64,000 nt of DNA from an uncultured Gammaproteobacteria bacterium (GCA_964532415.1 CAZHHN010000003.1:3777-67776); one strand, 5' to 3'; counted from the stretch's first letter, positions 36,452 through 46,858 are shown. The notes: a model not told the origin generated them from the sequence alone. Made by a program: numbers and translations.

Positions 36452-37327
36452 TCATGCGGTGAAGATTTCCCCGGGAAACCCGGGGGATTTCCGGACGCTG
36501 CGATCGGGGAAAAGCAGCAGGTAGTCGAAATCGAAATGCGGCAGCAGCGCTTCGGGCGCCGTGAAATACAGAGCGGTCGCCATGGCGTCGGCCAAGAGCG
36601 TCGTCCCGGCCACCGCCCAGACGGCTGCCAAATGCCGAGGCGATTCAAGCGTCCGCGGATCCATGATGTGGTGGAAGCGGCTCCAAGCGCGGCGATTGCC
36701 GGCCGATCCGCAAATGCTGCGGTTGGCGATCCCGGCCACGCCGATCGCCTTGGACGCGTCGGCCGGATCTTCCAAGCCGACCCGAAGCTCCGCGCCGGAC
36801 GGATCGCGTTCGCGGATGTCCCCGCCCGCGTCGATGCAATAAGATCGCACGCCCCGCGCCTCCAAAAGTTCGCCGATAAGATCGATCAGATACCCCTTGC
36901 CGAGCGCGCCGAAATCGAGCAGAGCCGGCTGCCTGAGCCGAAGTTTCGGATACGTATATTCAAGCGCATCCTCCCAGCGCGGAGGCGTTTTCAACCGGCC
37001 CGGCTGCAGCGAATACTCCGCATCGTACCCGGCATCCGAAAGTAGCTGCCCGATGAGCGGCGTCATGGCGCCGTTCGTCAAATCGTACAGCCGTCTGTAG
37101 AGATCGAGCATCGGCTTGGCGTCCGCGGGCAGATCGAATTCCTCCGCGCGCCGCGCCATCTCGGCCACGAGCGAATCTTCCCGGAAACGGGAGTAGTGCC
37201 GGTCGAAAACGCCGATGCGATCCGAAACGAGACGAAGGAGAAGCTCCTTCGTCTCGTCGGCCAGCGTTTCCCGGATGTCGATCTGCCATCGCGTGCCGAT
37301 GGCTTCGAAGGCCAGGGACGTCCCCAT
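36452..37327 (-). CDS. apbE: FAD:protein FMN transferase ApbE
   Basis: ApbE family signature regions (GAMTPLIGQ...FGALGKGYLIDL...IDAGGDI...SICGSAGN...HHIMDPRT). Start at MGTSLAFEAIGTRWQ. Confidence 0.8.
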   Translation of the reverse strand: MGTSLAFEAIGTRWQIDIRETLADETKELLLRLVSDRIGVFDRHYSRFREDSLVAEMARRAEEFDLPADAKPMLDLYRRLYDLTNGAMTPLIGQLLSDAGYDAEYSLQPGRLKTPPRWEDALEYTYPKLRLRQPALLDFGALGKGYLIDLIGELLEARGVRSYCIDAGGDIRERDPSGAELRVGLEDPADASKAIGVAGIANRSICGSAGNRRAWSRFHHIMDPRTLESPRHLAAVWAVAGTTLLADAMATALYFTAPEALLPHFDFDYLLLFPDRSVRKSPGFPGEIFTA

Positions 37328-37331
37328 GCCT

Positions 37332-37853
37332 TCAGGCCCTGGCCTGCGCCTTGATCTTGGCGACGGCGTCGTTGAAACCCATCGGGGTGCGCGAGGAGCC
37401 GGAGACCTTTCCCAGATTGAGTTCGTCGAGGTTCTTGCCGATGACAAGCGGCTTGTAGTTATCGGCGAACATCTTCATGAAGTTGCCGGAGATGGCGACT
37501 TTCGGGGTTCCCACGAACTGGCTGTCGACGACGACACCGTTCTTGAGCGTCAGCGTGACGGTCACCTCCTCGGAGCCGCTGTGATAGGTGTAGTCCCCCT
37601 TGGCGGTGTAGGTGCCGTCCCTGTAGGACGATTTCCCGTCGGGCGGCATGGTGGCGGGAGTCGGCGGCTCGGGCGGCGGCGTGGACGGCGCGGGAGTCGG
37701 CACGACCTGAACGTCGACCTTGGCGCCGGTATCGGTTTGAACGCTCACGGGCGGCTGCTGGGTGCAGCCGGCGCCGAGCGCGATCAGCGTAGCGGCGGCT
37801 CCGATCAAGCCAGTCATGAACAAGGAGGCACGTTTCGTTTCGTGTTGCGGCAT
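37332..37853 (-). CDS. FMN-binding-domain lipoprotein (extracytoplasmic flavoprotein, ApbE substrate candidate)
   Basis: Signal peptide with lipobox LGAGC. Pro/Thr-rich linker. C-terminal FMN_bind-like segment (KVSGSSRTPMGFNDAVAKIKAQ) with Ser/Thr flavinylation candidates. Confidence 0.6.
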   Translation of the reverse strand: MPQHETKRASLFMTGLIGAAATLIALGAGCTQQPPVSVQTDTGAKVDVQVVPTPAPSTPPPEPPTPATMPPDGKSSYRDGTYTAKGDYTYHSGSEEVTVTLTLKNGVVVDSQFVGTPKVAISGNFMKMFADNYKPLVIGKNLDELNLGKVSGSSRTPMGFNDAVAKIKAQARA

Positions 37854-37998
37854 AGAAAATGAGGTAATGATCATTGAATTTTAATACCGGCGACAGGAGC
37901 TGTCAAACCGCCAAGCGATCCGAGATAATACGATGCTGCGCGCGTCTTTGGTGCATCATGCGTGGTCCATCAAAAAAGACCGCCCAGCGCCTGAACGG

Positions 37999-38946
37999 TC
38001 AATCGTCCCAGTCTCCCCCGCCCGTCCATGCCTGCACCTGACCGACTCTCTCAGCTTCACCATGCAACCAGCGCTGTCCGGTAACCACATCAATGATCTC
38101 GGAACGCGCCCCGCGCCTCACTTCGAATCGCATATTGTTCGGATGGTGACGCCCGTGGAGAGAGATCCAGTCGAAGCCCTCATCCGGCGTGCAGATGCCG
38201 TCTGCGCGACGAACAATGTACCAATTTTCTCCCTTCATCGCGATCGAAAACGGATGCCGCAACCGATCGTCCAAATCGTCGTAGACGCCGTTTCCAATAC
38301 GCCGACCTCCGGTATCGACCAGCATCCAGCCCTCCGACATCCGAACCCAGGCGCGCTGCGCATAGAAATCCAGAGCCTCCAGGCACGTTCCGCTCCAAGC
38401 CTGCTCGCCTGCCGGCGTCAGGAACAGGAACTGATCGGCTGTCTGGATCAAGGCAAGACCATCGGAAAAATCGTAGGCTTCGGTAATTCCGGGCGGCCCG
38501 ATCAGCTCTCCGGCGGCATTCAGAAGGCGCCAATGCCCCATCTCGAATGTGCTGCCCAGTCGGCGTACCCAACGGACCTCTCCGTAGGCACGATGGGCAA
38601 TCTCTGAGAATTCGCCGAGCACTTTGCCGTCGGGCAGAATCGCCGTACCGCCCCGGTCATCCTTGTCCAGCGGACCGGCCCAAACGATCCCGCCCGGTCC
38701 ATCCTCATGCTTTTTCCGGTGGCCTTTGAGAAACGCATCGCCGATCTTCACGCCACACACGTCAATGAGCCAGTTTGAGCCGCTCCATGGTTCTTCAACC
38801 TCGGCAACGAGCGGTTTCTCGCAGACCCAGATCCAGCTGTACGGTTGGCCGATCTGCGTTCCTTTGGCATCAAGGTGATGCCACCAGCGGCCGCGCCTGA
38901 CGAATCGAGTCGTGCCGAACGGCACATCTTCTTCATTCCGATTCAT
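37999..38946 (-). CDS. WG/KWG-like beta-repeat protein
   Basis: Repeated ...AYDFSDGLALIQ..., ...WRLLNAAGELIGP... motifs typical of WG-containing repeat proteins. 315 aa. Confidence 0.4.
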   Translation of the reverse strand: MNRNEEDVPFGTTRFVRRGRWWHHLDAKGTQIGQPYSWIWVCEKPLVAEVEEPWSGSNWLIDVCGVKIGDAFLKGHRKKHEDGPGGIVWAGPLDKDDRGGTAILPDGKVLGEFSEIAHRAYGEVRWVRRLGSTFEMGHWRLLNAAGELIGPPGITEAYDFSDGLALIQTADQFLFLTPAGEQAWSGTCLEALDFYAQRAWVRMSEGWMLVDTGGRRIGNGVYDDLDDRLRHPFSIAMKGENWYIVRRADGICTPDEGFDWISLHGRHHPNNMRFEVRRGARSEIIDVVTGQRWLHGEAERVGQVQAWTGGGDWDD

Positions 38947-39046
38947 GAAAAGATCCGCCTTTCTGGAGACAGCACAAACCTAGCAGAAACCGCCGTCCGA
39001 GGCAAGGTTGGTGGAACAAAAAACGGGGTTGCGCCCCGTTTGTCTT

Positions 39047-39310
39047 TCATTTTGCGGTCGCCCAGCTTTTGAGCTTCTCGTAATCGACCGCGCCGCAGAT
39101 TTTCGCTCCGGTCTCCTCGTTCACGAAGAACGGCACGCCGCCGCAGGCCCCGCCTGCGTCTTTTTCGGCACGTAGCTTTTCGTTGGCCTCGTCGTGCCAC
39201 GTTTCGAATTTCTTCACTTCAACGCCGAGCTCCTTCTCCAGCTGTTCGATCAAGGGGGCCATCCGGACGCAATGCGGGCATTCCTTGCCGTAGAATTCAA
39301 GCAGGGCCAT
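39047..39310 (-). CDS. thioredoxin/glutaredoxin-like small redox protein
   Basis: 87 aa. CPHC active-site motif in FYGKECPHCVRMAP. Confidence 0.75.
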   Translation of the reverse strand: MALLEFYGKECPHCVRMAPLIEQLEKELGVEVKKFETWHDEANEKLRAEKDAGGACGGVPFFVNEETGAKICGAVDYEKLKSWATAK

Positions 39311-39439
39311 GAGCGTCGTTTATGAATCAAGACTGGCCTGAATGTACCACGCATGGCCGGGACGTTCCAACCGCGTCGGCCATTGGACAGGGCCGCGCGG
39401 CACCGATAGAGTGAAGGCAGGCCCACCAGGAGATGTCAG

Positions 39440-39892
39440 ATGACCGAGGAGTCCCTTCAACACCCGACGATCGCCGAAGCAAGCAGCAAAGGCGCCTTCA
39501 TCATGAGCTCGCTCTTTTCGATCTTCCATCTCGCCATGATGGGAGATGCCTTCTGGAACGGGGGTCCCGCGCCGCCGCGCGAAATGATCGCCATGCATTC
39601 GGCCCTGGTCGGGCTGCTGTATGTCGTACCCAAGGAATTGGCGCGCTGGACCAACGGCCCCAAATTTCTCTCGAGCCGTCCGGGCCATGCGCTGGTCTGG
39701 ATGTGGATCGCGGCCTTCACGGGCATGTGCGGCATCCAGCACTTCGGCCGGGAAGCGCATACGTTGCCCGACGGCATGCTCAAAATGACGCTCATCCTGG
39801 CGGGCACGCTCACCGCCACGGCCGTCTCCAAAGCGATCCAGGCACGCAAGGCTCACGCCGCCAAGCCCCCTTTCGAAAAGACGTCCCCCTGA
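39440..39892 (+). CDS. hypothetical 4-TM membrane protein
   Basis: 150 aa with 4 hydrophobic helices. Antisense ORF 39320-39856 is Arg-rich junk. Confidence 0.4.
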   Translation: MTEESLQHPTIAEASSKGAFIMSSLFSIFHLAMMGDAFWNGGPAPPREMIAMHSALVGLLYVVPKELARWTNGPKFLSSRPGHALVWMWIAAFTGMCGIQHFGREAHTLPDGMLKMTLILAGTLTATAVSKAIQARKAHAAKPPFEKTSP

Positions 39893-39904
39893 CAGGGACG
39901 CTTT

Positions 39905-41053
39905 TTATGACCGGGCCGCCGGCAGCCTGACGGTGAAGACAGTCGGCGCGCCGGGAGCGCTCTCGAAAGAGATCGCGCCGCTCATGCCTTCGACCAGGCG
40001 CTTGGTGATGAACAGCCCCAGCCCGCTGCCTTCGATGCCGGTGACGTTCTTGGAGCGCCAGAATTTCTCGAAGAGATGGCCCTGTTCTTCGGGCGGGATG
40101 CCGGGACCGTCGTCGATCACGTCGTAGCGCAGGTACGGGTCTTCCCGGCCGATTTTAACGGTGACGTGTCCGCCGACCCGGTTGTATTTGACGGCGTTGG
40201 CGATCAGGTTGACCAGCACTTCGTTGACGCGGCGTCCGTCGGCCAGCGCAATGGCGATCAGCGCCTCGGGCGCCTCGACCCGTATGTCGATCCGCTTTTT
40301 CTGGGCGATCGATGCGACCTGCTGGATGGCCGTCTGGGCCGCCTCGATCAGATTGACAAACTCCTTCTTGAACGGAATGCGCTTGGCGTCGAGCCGGGCC
40401 ATGTTGAGGAGATCTTCAACGAGCGTTCCCAGGCTCCTGCCGGCGTTCATGGCATCTTCAAAAGCCTGATGGATTTCGGGGGACATTTTCCGGTCGGCCA
40501 CCGATTCCAGGCTCCAGCGGATCGAGGTGACCGGGGTGCGCAGTTCGTGCGCGGCCACGAACAGGAATTCGTCCTTGAGGCGCAGCACTTCATTTTGGCG
40601 TTCGAGTTCCTTCCGCTGGGCGGCCTCCAGGTCGCGGGTGCGTTCACGGACCTTGTTTTCAAGCGACTGGCGTTCGGCTTTGATCGTCGCCGCCATCGAA
40701 GCGAAGCGGTCGGCGAGGACTTCGAGCTCGTCGCCCGTTTTGACCTGCAGCCGCACGTCCAGGTTGCCGCGCATGATCTCCTCGGTCCCCTTCGTCAGGA
40801 TCGAGACGGGATTAAAGATGCGGGTGATGATCATGTAGGTCAGATAACCGGCCAGGACGAGCGTCGAGATGAGCACGACCGCGACCAGATACTGATGCCG
40901 CAGGTTGATGGCGCGCAGGAACGACTGCTCGTCGAGCAGGAAATTCGTGACGAGGCTGTAGGCCAACAGCATCAAAAGCTCGAAGAAGATGACCATGGCG
41001 GCCACCTTGAGCCCGACGTTCAGCCTGAATTTCAGGAACCTCCGCGCGCCCAT
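39905..41053 (-). CDS. sensor histidine kinase (2 TM, HAMP-like, HisKA, HATPase_c)
   Basis: H-box FVAAHELRTPVTSI. N, G1, G2 boxes (NLIANAVKYN, DDGPGI, GSGLGL). No response regulator adjacent. Confidence 0.85.
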   Translation of the reverse strand: MGARRFLKFRLNVGLKVAAMVIFFELLMLLAYSLVTNFLLDEQSFLRAINLRHQYLVAVVLISTLVLAGYLTYMIITRIFNPVSILTKGTEEIMRGNLDVRLQVKTGDELEVLADRFASMAATIKAERQSLENKVRERTRDLEAAQRKELERQNEVLRLKDEFLFVAAHELRTPVTSIRWSLESVADRKMSPEIHQAFEDAMNAGRSLGTLVEDLLNMARLDAKRIPFKKEFVNLIEAAQTAIQQVASIAQKKRIDIRVEAPEALIAIALADGRRVNEVLVNLIANAVKYNRVGGHVTVKIGREDPYLRYDVIDDGPGIPPEEQGHLFEKFWRSKNVTGIEGSGLGLFITKRLVEGMSGAISFESAPGAPTVFTVRLPAARS

Positions 41054-41091
41054 ACTCCATCACTATACACTTTCGGCGGAAGCTTGGCAGC

Positions 41092-42486
41092 TCAATGAAG
41101 CTCGCGGATATCGAAAGGGGCGTCCGTCGACGGATCGCCGGCGATCGCCAGACGATCGCCGGGCGCGAGCAGCCGTTCGGTTGTGAGCCGCCCGATCGCG
41201 CGATCGCGATACACCGCCGCGTCACCGGAAGGTTCGAGCAGGAACGGCCGGATACCCCATGACACGCTAAGCTGCCGGCACGCACGCGCGTCGGCGACGG
41301 CCGCGTAGACGGGCCGTTCGGTCCGGGCCTGACTGAGGCGCGATGCGGCTTCGACGGAAAGGGCCAGAAACGCCTTGATCCGCGGATCGCGGGCGAGCAC
41401 CTCGGCTACGGCACCTTCCGGGCCGACGTCATCGTAAGCGGAGCGCTCGGTCTCGCGGATGACCTCCGCCATGACCGCCGCGGCCGCGACGGGATGCCGG
41501 CCGCCGGCCGTTTCGCCCGAGAGCATGACGGCGTCGGCGTGATCGATGACGGCGTTGGCCACGTCCGACACTTCGGCGCGGGTCGGGCGCGGATTGCGGA
41601 TCATCGAATCGAGCATCTGGGTGGCGACGATGACCGGCTTGCCGGCCGCGCGGCAGGCGGCGATCAGGTCCTTCTGGATGACCGGCACGCGCGCGGCCAC
41701 CATTTCGATGCCGAGATCGCCGCGGGCGACCATGATGGCGTCGACGGCCTCGAGAATCTCCGTGATCGCTCCAACCGCTTCGGCCTTCTCGATCTTGGCG
41801 ATCGTGCGGATCGCCGTCGCCGGTCGGTCGGCGCCGAGCGCCCGTTCATGTTCTTCGATCAGTTCACGCAGCTCATGCGCCTCCCGGCCCGTGCGGACGA
41901 ACGAAAGCGCCACCCAATCGACCCGCTGCGCCACGCCAAATGCCAGATCGGCTTTGTCCTTTTCGGTGATGGGAGAGACGCCGAGGCGGGATTCCGGGAA
42001 GTTCACGCCTTTATGCGACGTGAGCGTTCCTCCGTCCACGACTTCGCAGACGACATCGCGGCCTTCGACGCTTAAAATCTTGGCGGAAAGCAGGCCGTCA
42101 TCGAGCAAAATGCGTTCGCCGGGTTTCACGTCCTGCGACAGCCGGTCATAGGTCACGTGCAGCCGCCGTGTCGCGGGATCGCCCGCATCGGCCGTGAAAA
42201 CGACGCGCGCACCCGCCTCCAATGTGACGCCGGCGTCGGGCAGGACGCCGACGCGGATTTTCGGACCTTGGAGATCCTGCAGGATGGCCACCTGGCGACC
42301 GGCAGCGTCGGCGGCCGAACGGATCCGGCGGATCAATTCGGCGTGCTCGTCGTAGGTACCGTGCGAAAAATTCAGCCGGGCGACGTCCATCCCGGCTTCG
42401 ATCAACGCGGCGATCGTTTCACTGGAAGCGGAGGCCGGCCCGATCGTGCAGACGATCTTGGTGCGCTTGGCGTCGAAAGAAAGCAT
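41092..42486 (-). CDS. pyk: pyruvate kinase
   Basis: TKIVCTIGPAS...MDVARLNFSHG...ILQDLQGPKIRVG...MVARGDLGIE. Start at MLSFDAK (ATG 42486). The longer ORF-track N-terminus overlaps htrA and is rejected. Confidence 0.9.
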   Translation of the reverse strand: MLSFDAKRTKIVCTIGPASASSETIAALIEAGMDVARLNFSHGTYDEHAELIRRIRSAADAAGRQVAILQDLQGPKIRVGVLPDAGVTLEAGARVVFTADAGDPATRRLHVTYDRLSQDVKPGERILLDDGLLSAKILSVEGRDVVCEVVDGGTLTSHKGVNFPESRLGVSPITEKDKADLAFGVAQRVDWVALSFVRTGREAHELRELIEEHERALGADRPATAIRTIAKIEKAEAVGAITEILEAVDAIMVARGDLGIEMVAARVPVIQKDLIAACRAAGKPVIVATQMLDSMIRNPRPTRAEVSDVANAVIDHADAVMLSGETAGGRHPVAAAAVMAEVIRETERSAYDDVGPEGAVAEVLARDPRIKAFLALSVEAASRLSQARTERPVYAAVADARACRQLSVSWGIRPFLLEPSGDAAVYRDRAIGRLTTERLLAPGDRLAIAGDPSTDAPFDIRELH

Positions 42487-42496
42487 GGTGCGCGGA

Positions 42497-43741
42497 TTAC
42501 GGAGCCGCCGGCAATTCTTCCAACAGGACCTGCGCGGTGTGGCGCGCCTTGTCGCGCAGGTAGACGACGGTGACGCCCTGTCCGGCCCGCTTCTTGGCCA
42601 CAAGGCTGGAGAGCGCATGTGCGTCGTCGATCGGCACGCCGTCGACCTCGAGCAGCACGTCACCGGCTTTGAGACCGGCCTTGTCGGCCGGGGAATTCCT
42701 GACGACGGCCGGACCGCCATCACCGGCAGCGATCAGCGCGCCGGCCGAAACGTCCAGACCGCCCGCCTTGGCCGACTCGGGCGTCAGCATCACGTAGCGC
42801 ACGCCCAGCCACGGTCGGACGATGCGTCCCTGGGATTTGACGCTGTCAATCACGACCTTGGCGGCATCGATCGGGATGGCGAAACCGATCGACTGGCCGG
42901 AGCGGTTGACCGCCGTGTTCATTCCGATCACCTTGCCGTTCAAATCGATGAGCGGTCCTCCGGAATTGCCGGGATTGATGGCAGCATCGGTCTGGAGCGC
43001 TTCTTCGAGCACCTCGGACGTTCCGGCGCCGTCGCCGGCCACCACGTGGCGGTTGATGCCGGAGATGACGCCTTTCGTGACGGTGTTGCGGTATTCGGAG
43101 AGCGCGTTGCCGATGGCGATGACCGTCTCTCCCGCCTCGAGCGTGTCGGAATCGCCGAGCGTCGGCACGGGAAGATTGGTGGCATCGATCCTGAGGACGG
43201 CGACATCGAGGATCGAATCGGTCGCGAGGACTTTGGCGGCATACGATTTGCCGTCGTTCATCACCACCTGATACTCGGCGTCGGCATCGGCCACCACGTG
43301 GCGGTTGGTCAGGATCAACCCGTCCGAAGAGATGACGAAGCCCGTGCCGCCGCCGATGACTTCCTTCTGGCCCGGTTGGGCCGGCTGGCGCTGCAAATTT
43401 GGCGGCGCGATGCCAAAATACTCCTCGAACGGGAAGGCGCCCGTGGCGTTGTAGAGCCTTGAAACGTCCTTGGAAATGACGACGCTGACGACCGACGGCG
43501 AGACCTTGCGGACGGCCTCGATCACCTGGCGATCGTCCTGTGAAACGGGCCGCGGGGCCGTGGCCGCATCCGGCTGGCCGCGCCACGGATAATATTTTTG
43601 ATTGAGCGAGATCGCGAACAGCACGCCGAAGGCGGCGCCCGAAAAGCTTCCGAGCAGGAAACTTACGAGAATGGCATACGCGAGCGGTTTGCGCGTTTTT
43701 CCGGCAACGGCGACGGGCAGGTCCTCCATAGCGGCGTTCAA
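42497..43741 (-). CDS. htrA: HtrA/DegP-family serine protease with PDZ domain
   Basis: Catalytic triad context (TNRHVV, DVAVLRI, GNSGGPL). C-terminal PDZ. N-terminal TM. TTG 43741 overlapping nrdR stop, or ATG 43729. Confidence 0.88.
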   Translation of the reverse strand: MNAAMEDLPVAVAGKTRKPLAYAILVSFLLGSFSGAAFGVLFAISLNQKYYPWRGQPDAATAPRPVSQDDRQVIEAVRKVSPSVVSVVISKDVSRLYNATGAFPFEEYFGIAPPNLQRQPAQPGQKEVIGGGTGFVISSDGLILTNRHVVADADAEYQVVMNDGKSYAAKVLATDSILDVAVLRIDATNLPVPTLGDSDTLEAGETVIAIGNALSEYRNTVTKGVISGINRHVVAGDGAGTSEVLEEALQTDAAINPGNSGGPLIDLNGKVIGMNTAVNRSGQSIGFAIPIDAAKVVIDSVKSQGRIVRPWLGVRYVMLTPESAKAGGLDVSAGALIAAGDGGPAVVRNSPADKAGLKAGDVLLEVDGVPIDDAHALSSLVAKKRAGQGVTVVYLRDKARHTAQVLLEELPAAP

Positions 43742-44253
43742 AGTTTTTTCTTGGCAAGGCGTTCCCTGCGACGCGGGCGCGCCACAGGCTTGGCCGGCCG
43801 GGTGGAGGACGTGAGATGCGCCAGCGCTTCCTGAAACGTCCTGACGTCCTCAAAGGCGCGGTAGACCGAAGCGAAGCGGATATAGGCCACCGTATCGACG
43901 TGTTTCAGGCGGTTCATGACGATCTCGCCGACCTCGCGGGTGGTCACCTCGCTTTTGCGGCGCTTCTGCAGGTCGCGTTCGACCTGATTGACCAGATCCT
44001 TGAAAGCCTCGGCGGTGATCGGACGCTTTTGCAGCGCCTTGCGCAGTCCGACTTCAAGCTTCTCGCGCATATAGGCCTCACGGCGTCCATCGCGCTTGAC
44101 GACCGTCAGGTCAAGGATTTCGCTCTCCTCCACCGTCGAAAAACGGAAATGGCATTTCAGGCACTGGCGGCGCCGGCGGATGCTCATCCCTCCCTGCGAA
44201 AGGCGCGAGTCGACGACCTTGGTGTCCTTATGGTTGCAGGCGGCGCACCTCAC
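43738..44253 (-). CDS. nrdR: transcriptional repressor NrdR
   Basis: Zn-ribbon [17 protein letters not shown]...CLKC plus ATP-cone. GTG start overlapping the ftsZ stop. Confidence 0.88.
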   Translation of the reverse strand: MRCAACNHKDTKVVDSRLSQGGMSIRRRRQCLKCHFRFSTVEESEILDLTVVKRDGRREAYMREKLEVGLRKALQKRPITAEAFKDLVNQVERDLQKRRKSEVTTREVGEIVMNRLKHVDTVAYIRFASVYRAFEDVRTFQEALAHLTSSTRPAKPVARPRRRERLAKKKL

Positions 44254-45494
44254 AGCATCTTCTTGCGGATGAAGGCCGGGATGTCGAGCTCCTCCTCTTC
44301 CGCCCGCGGTTGGACCGGCGCCGTCGCGGCCGGACGGAAGCGCTGCGGCTCGGTGTCGATCGATTTGACGCGCTTCGGCAGAACCGGAGCTTTGGACGCT
44401 TCGAACGCGTCGCGCTCGGCCGGTTCGTCCTGATGTTCCTGTTTCGCTTCGGTCGGACGGGCAAACGGCGCGCTCCGGGGCGACGAAACGGCGCCGGCCG
44501 ACAGGATGCTCTTCATCGAAGCGCTCATCTGCGAACGCTCCTGCCCGTCAAAGCCGGTCGCCACGACCGTCACCTTGATTTCGTCTTTCATCGTTTCGTC
44601 GATCACGGTGCCGAAGATGACCGTGGCGCCTTCGTCGGCCTTTTCGGTCACGACCTTGGCGGCTTCGGCGACCTCGAGCATGCCCAGATTCGGTCCGCCG
44701 GTGACGTTCATCAGGATGCCGCGGGCGCCCTCGATCGAAACTTCCAGGAGCGGGCTGGCGATCGCCTGCTTGGCGGCGGCGGCGGCACGACTTTCTCCGG
44801 ACGCCCGGCCGATGCCCATGAGCGCCGAGCCCTGGCCGTGCATGATTTTCTTGACGTCGGCGAAGTCGACGTTGACCAAGCCGGGCACGGTGATGAGTTC
44901 GCTGATGCCCTGCACGCCCTGACGCAGCACGTCGTCGACAATCTTGAAGGCATCCAGCAGCGAGGTGCTCTTGTCGATCAGGCCGAGCACACGGTCGTTC
45001 GGAATGGTGACGATCGTGTCGAGCTGTTCTTTGAGATTGCGATAGCCGGTCTCGGCGATCTCGCGGCGCTTGGCGCCCTCGAAGCCGAAAGGCCGCGTGA
45101 CGACGGCGACCGTCAGCGCGCCGAGGTCACGGGCGATCTGCGCCACGATCGGCGCCGCGCCGGTGCCGGTGCCGCCGCCCAAGCCGCAGGTCACGAAGAC
45201 CATGTCGGCGTCCTTGAGCGCTTCGCGCAACTCGTTGGCGCTTTCTTCGGCCGCGTGCTTGCCGACTTCCGGGTCCATGCCGGCGCCGAGGCCGCGCGTG
45301 ACGGTTTTGCCGATGTGGATTTTCACCGGCGCGTGCGAATGATGAAGCGCCTGCACGTCGGTGTTGACCGCGATGAACTCGACCCCCCGGATTTTGGAGA
45401 GGATCATGCGGTTGATCGCCGAGTTGCCGGAGCCGCCGACGCCCACGACTTTGATTTTGGCGAACGTTTCGACGGCCGGTTTCACTTCGCCCAT
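44250..45494 (-). CDS. ftsZ: cell division GTPase FtsZ
   Basis: GGGTGTG tubulin signature. NTD (T7 loop) motifs. C-terminal conserved peptide DIPAFIRKK. Confidence 0.95.
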   Translation of the reverse strand: MGEVKPAVETFAKIKVVGVGGSGNSAINRMILSKIRGVEFIAVNTDVQALHHSHAPVKIHIGKTVTRGLGAGMDPEVGKHAAEESANELREALKDADMVFVTCGLGGGTGTGAAPIVAQIARDLGALTVAVVTRPFGFEGAKRREIAETGYRNLKEQLDTIVTIPNDRVLGLIDKSTSLLDAFKIVDDVLRQGVQGISELITVPGLVNVDFADVKKIMHGQGSALMGIGRASGESRAAAAAKQAIASPLLEVSIEGARGILMNVTGGPNLGMLEVAEAAKVVTEKADEGATVIFGTVIDETMKDEIKVTVVATGFDGQERSQMSASMKSILSAGAVSSPRSAPFARPTEAKQEHQDEPAERDAFEASKAPVLPKRVKSIDTEPQRFRPAATAPVQPRAEEEELDIPAFIRKKML

Positions 45495-45536
45495 AGGTGA
45501 TGAATTCCGTTTAGCGCTTTAAAGCTTTCATCCACC

Positions 45537-45569
45537 GTACAAAAAAAAGAAAACCGTATCAAGGGTTTT
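45537..45569 (-). terminator. weak AT-rich hairpin + T-run between ftsA and ftsZ (attenuator/terminator; ftsZ promoter region)
   Basis: minus strand AAAACCcttgatacGGTTTT followed by cttttttttgt. Intergenic region is markedly AT-rich with TTGAAC-like box. Confidence 0.3.
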
Positions 45570-45602
45570 TGAACATAAAAATTGTTCAATTTATGCCCAC
45601 GT

Positions 45603-46853
45603 TCAGGGCAGCAGCGAACGCAGCAATTTTTTGAGCTTGCCGGCGACCTGAAGCTGTCCGAGCTTGCCGCCCTGAGCCCGCGCCGTTTCCGACACATGAT
45701 GACCCCAGAGCACCAGCCCGACCGCCGTCGAAAAAGCGATGTCGTTGGTGCGGTCCGTGATGCTTGAAACGTTGACTGGATAGCCGAGCGCGGCCGGCAG
45801 CCGCAGCTGCGTCTTGGCCATGTCGACCAGGCCGTTCAGCTTGGCTCCCCCGCCGGTCAGGATGACGCCGGCCGGCAGCCGCCCGCTGCGATCGATCCTT
45901 TTCAGCTCCTTGTCGATCCTCGAAAAAATTTCCTCGATGCGTGCCTCGATGATTTCGGCGACGAACTTTTTGCTGACGACCTCGTCTTCCTCCGCACCCA
46001 GGTCGGCCAGACGAATGTCTTCCTTCCTGACATCGCGGGTCGAGGCGATGCCGTGTTCGATCTTGACGCGTTCGGCGACGTCGATTGAAGTGCGCAGCCC
46101 GATAGCCACGTCGGAGGTGATATGCTCGCTGCCGATCGGCAGGACGACCGTACGGAGCACGTCGCCTTCTTCATACACGGCCAGCGAAGTCGTTGACGCG
46201 CCAATCGAAACGACCGCCACGCCCAGGTCCTTTTGACGCGGGCTGGCGACCGCCTCGGCGGCGGCGAGGATGCCGAGCACGACGTCGTCGATTTCGATGC
46301 CGGTGCGATAGACGCACTTCGACAGGTTCTTGAGCTGGGAAGAGAGGCTCTGGATGATCTGGGCGTCGACCTCCAGGCGGATGCCGGTCATGCCGACCGG
46401 ATCCTTGATGCCCGACTGCCCGTCGACGATGAAGCTTTTGGGCAGCACGTGCAGGATCTCGTAATTGAGCGGCGTCGCCACGGTCCGGGCGGCCTCGAGC
46501 GCGCGTTCGACGTCCTCTTCCCGGATTTCGCCGTCGGAACGGGAGACCGCCACCACGCCTTTGGATTCCTGGGACACGACATGGCTGCCGGAAATGCCGA
46601 TGAAGGCCCGGTCAATCTGGACGCCCGTCATCCGCTCGACCTTTTCAAGGCAGGTGGAAACGGACGAGATGGCGTCTTCGATCGAAGTAATGATGCCCTT
46701 GCTGACGCCGGCGGAAGGCGTTTCGGCGGCCCCGATGATCTGGATCGATTCGCGACCGGATCCTGGGGCGGAACGCTGGCCGACGACAGCACGCACCGAC
46801 GAAGAGCCGATGTCGAGTCCGGTGATAATGTCACTCTGGGTGGATTTCGCCAT
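45603..46853 (-). CDS. ftsA: cell division protein FtsA (actin-like ATPase)
   Basis: N-term MAKSTQSDIITGLDIGSSSVRAVVG matches FtsA. Full-length actin-fold domains. Confidence 0.9.
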   Translation of the reverse strand: MAKSTQSDIITGLDIGSSSVRAVVGQRSAPGSGRESIQIIGAAETPSAGVSKGIITSIEDAISSVSTCLEKVERMTGVQIDRAFIGISGSHVVSQESKGVVAVSRSDGEIREEDVERALEAARTVATPLNYEILHVLPKSFIVDGQSGIKDPVGMTGIRLEVDAQIIQSLSSQLKNLSKCVYRTGIEIDDVVLGILAAAEAVASPRQKDLGVAVVSIGASTTSLAVYEEGDVLRTVVLPIGSEHITSDVAIGLRTSIDVAERVKIEHGIASTRDVRKEDIRLADLGAEEDEVVSKKFVAEIIEARIEEIFSRIDKELKRIDRSGRLPAGVILTGGGAKLNGLVDMAKTQLRLPAALGYPVNVSSITDRTNDIAFSTAVGLVLWGHHVSETARAQGGKLGQLQVAGKLKKLLRSLLP

Positions 46854-46858
46854 GAAAG

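Noticed and set aside
39320-39856. 178-aa minus-strand ORF
   Set aside because: Arg/His-rich, no TM or domain. The + strand 4-TM protein is more plausible.
41092-42723. 543-aa version of pyruvate kinase ORF
   Set aside because: N-terminal 79 residues are Arg/Ser/Thr-rich and overlap htrA. Conserved PK sequence starts at ATG 42486.
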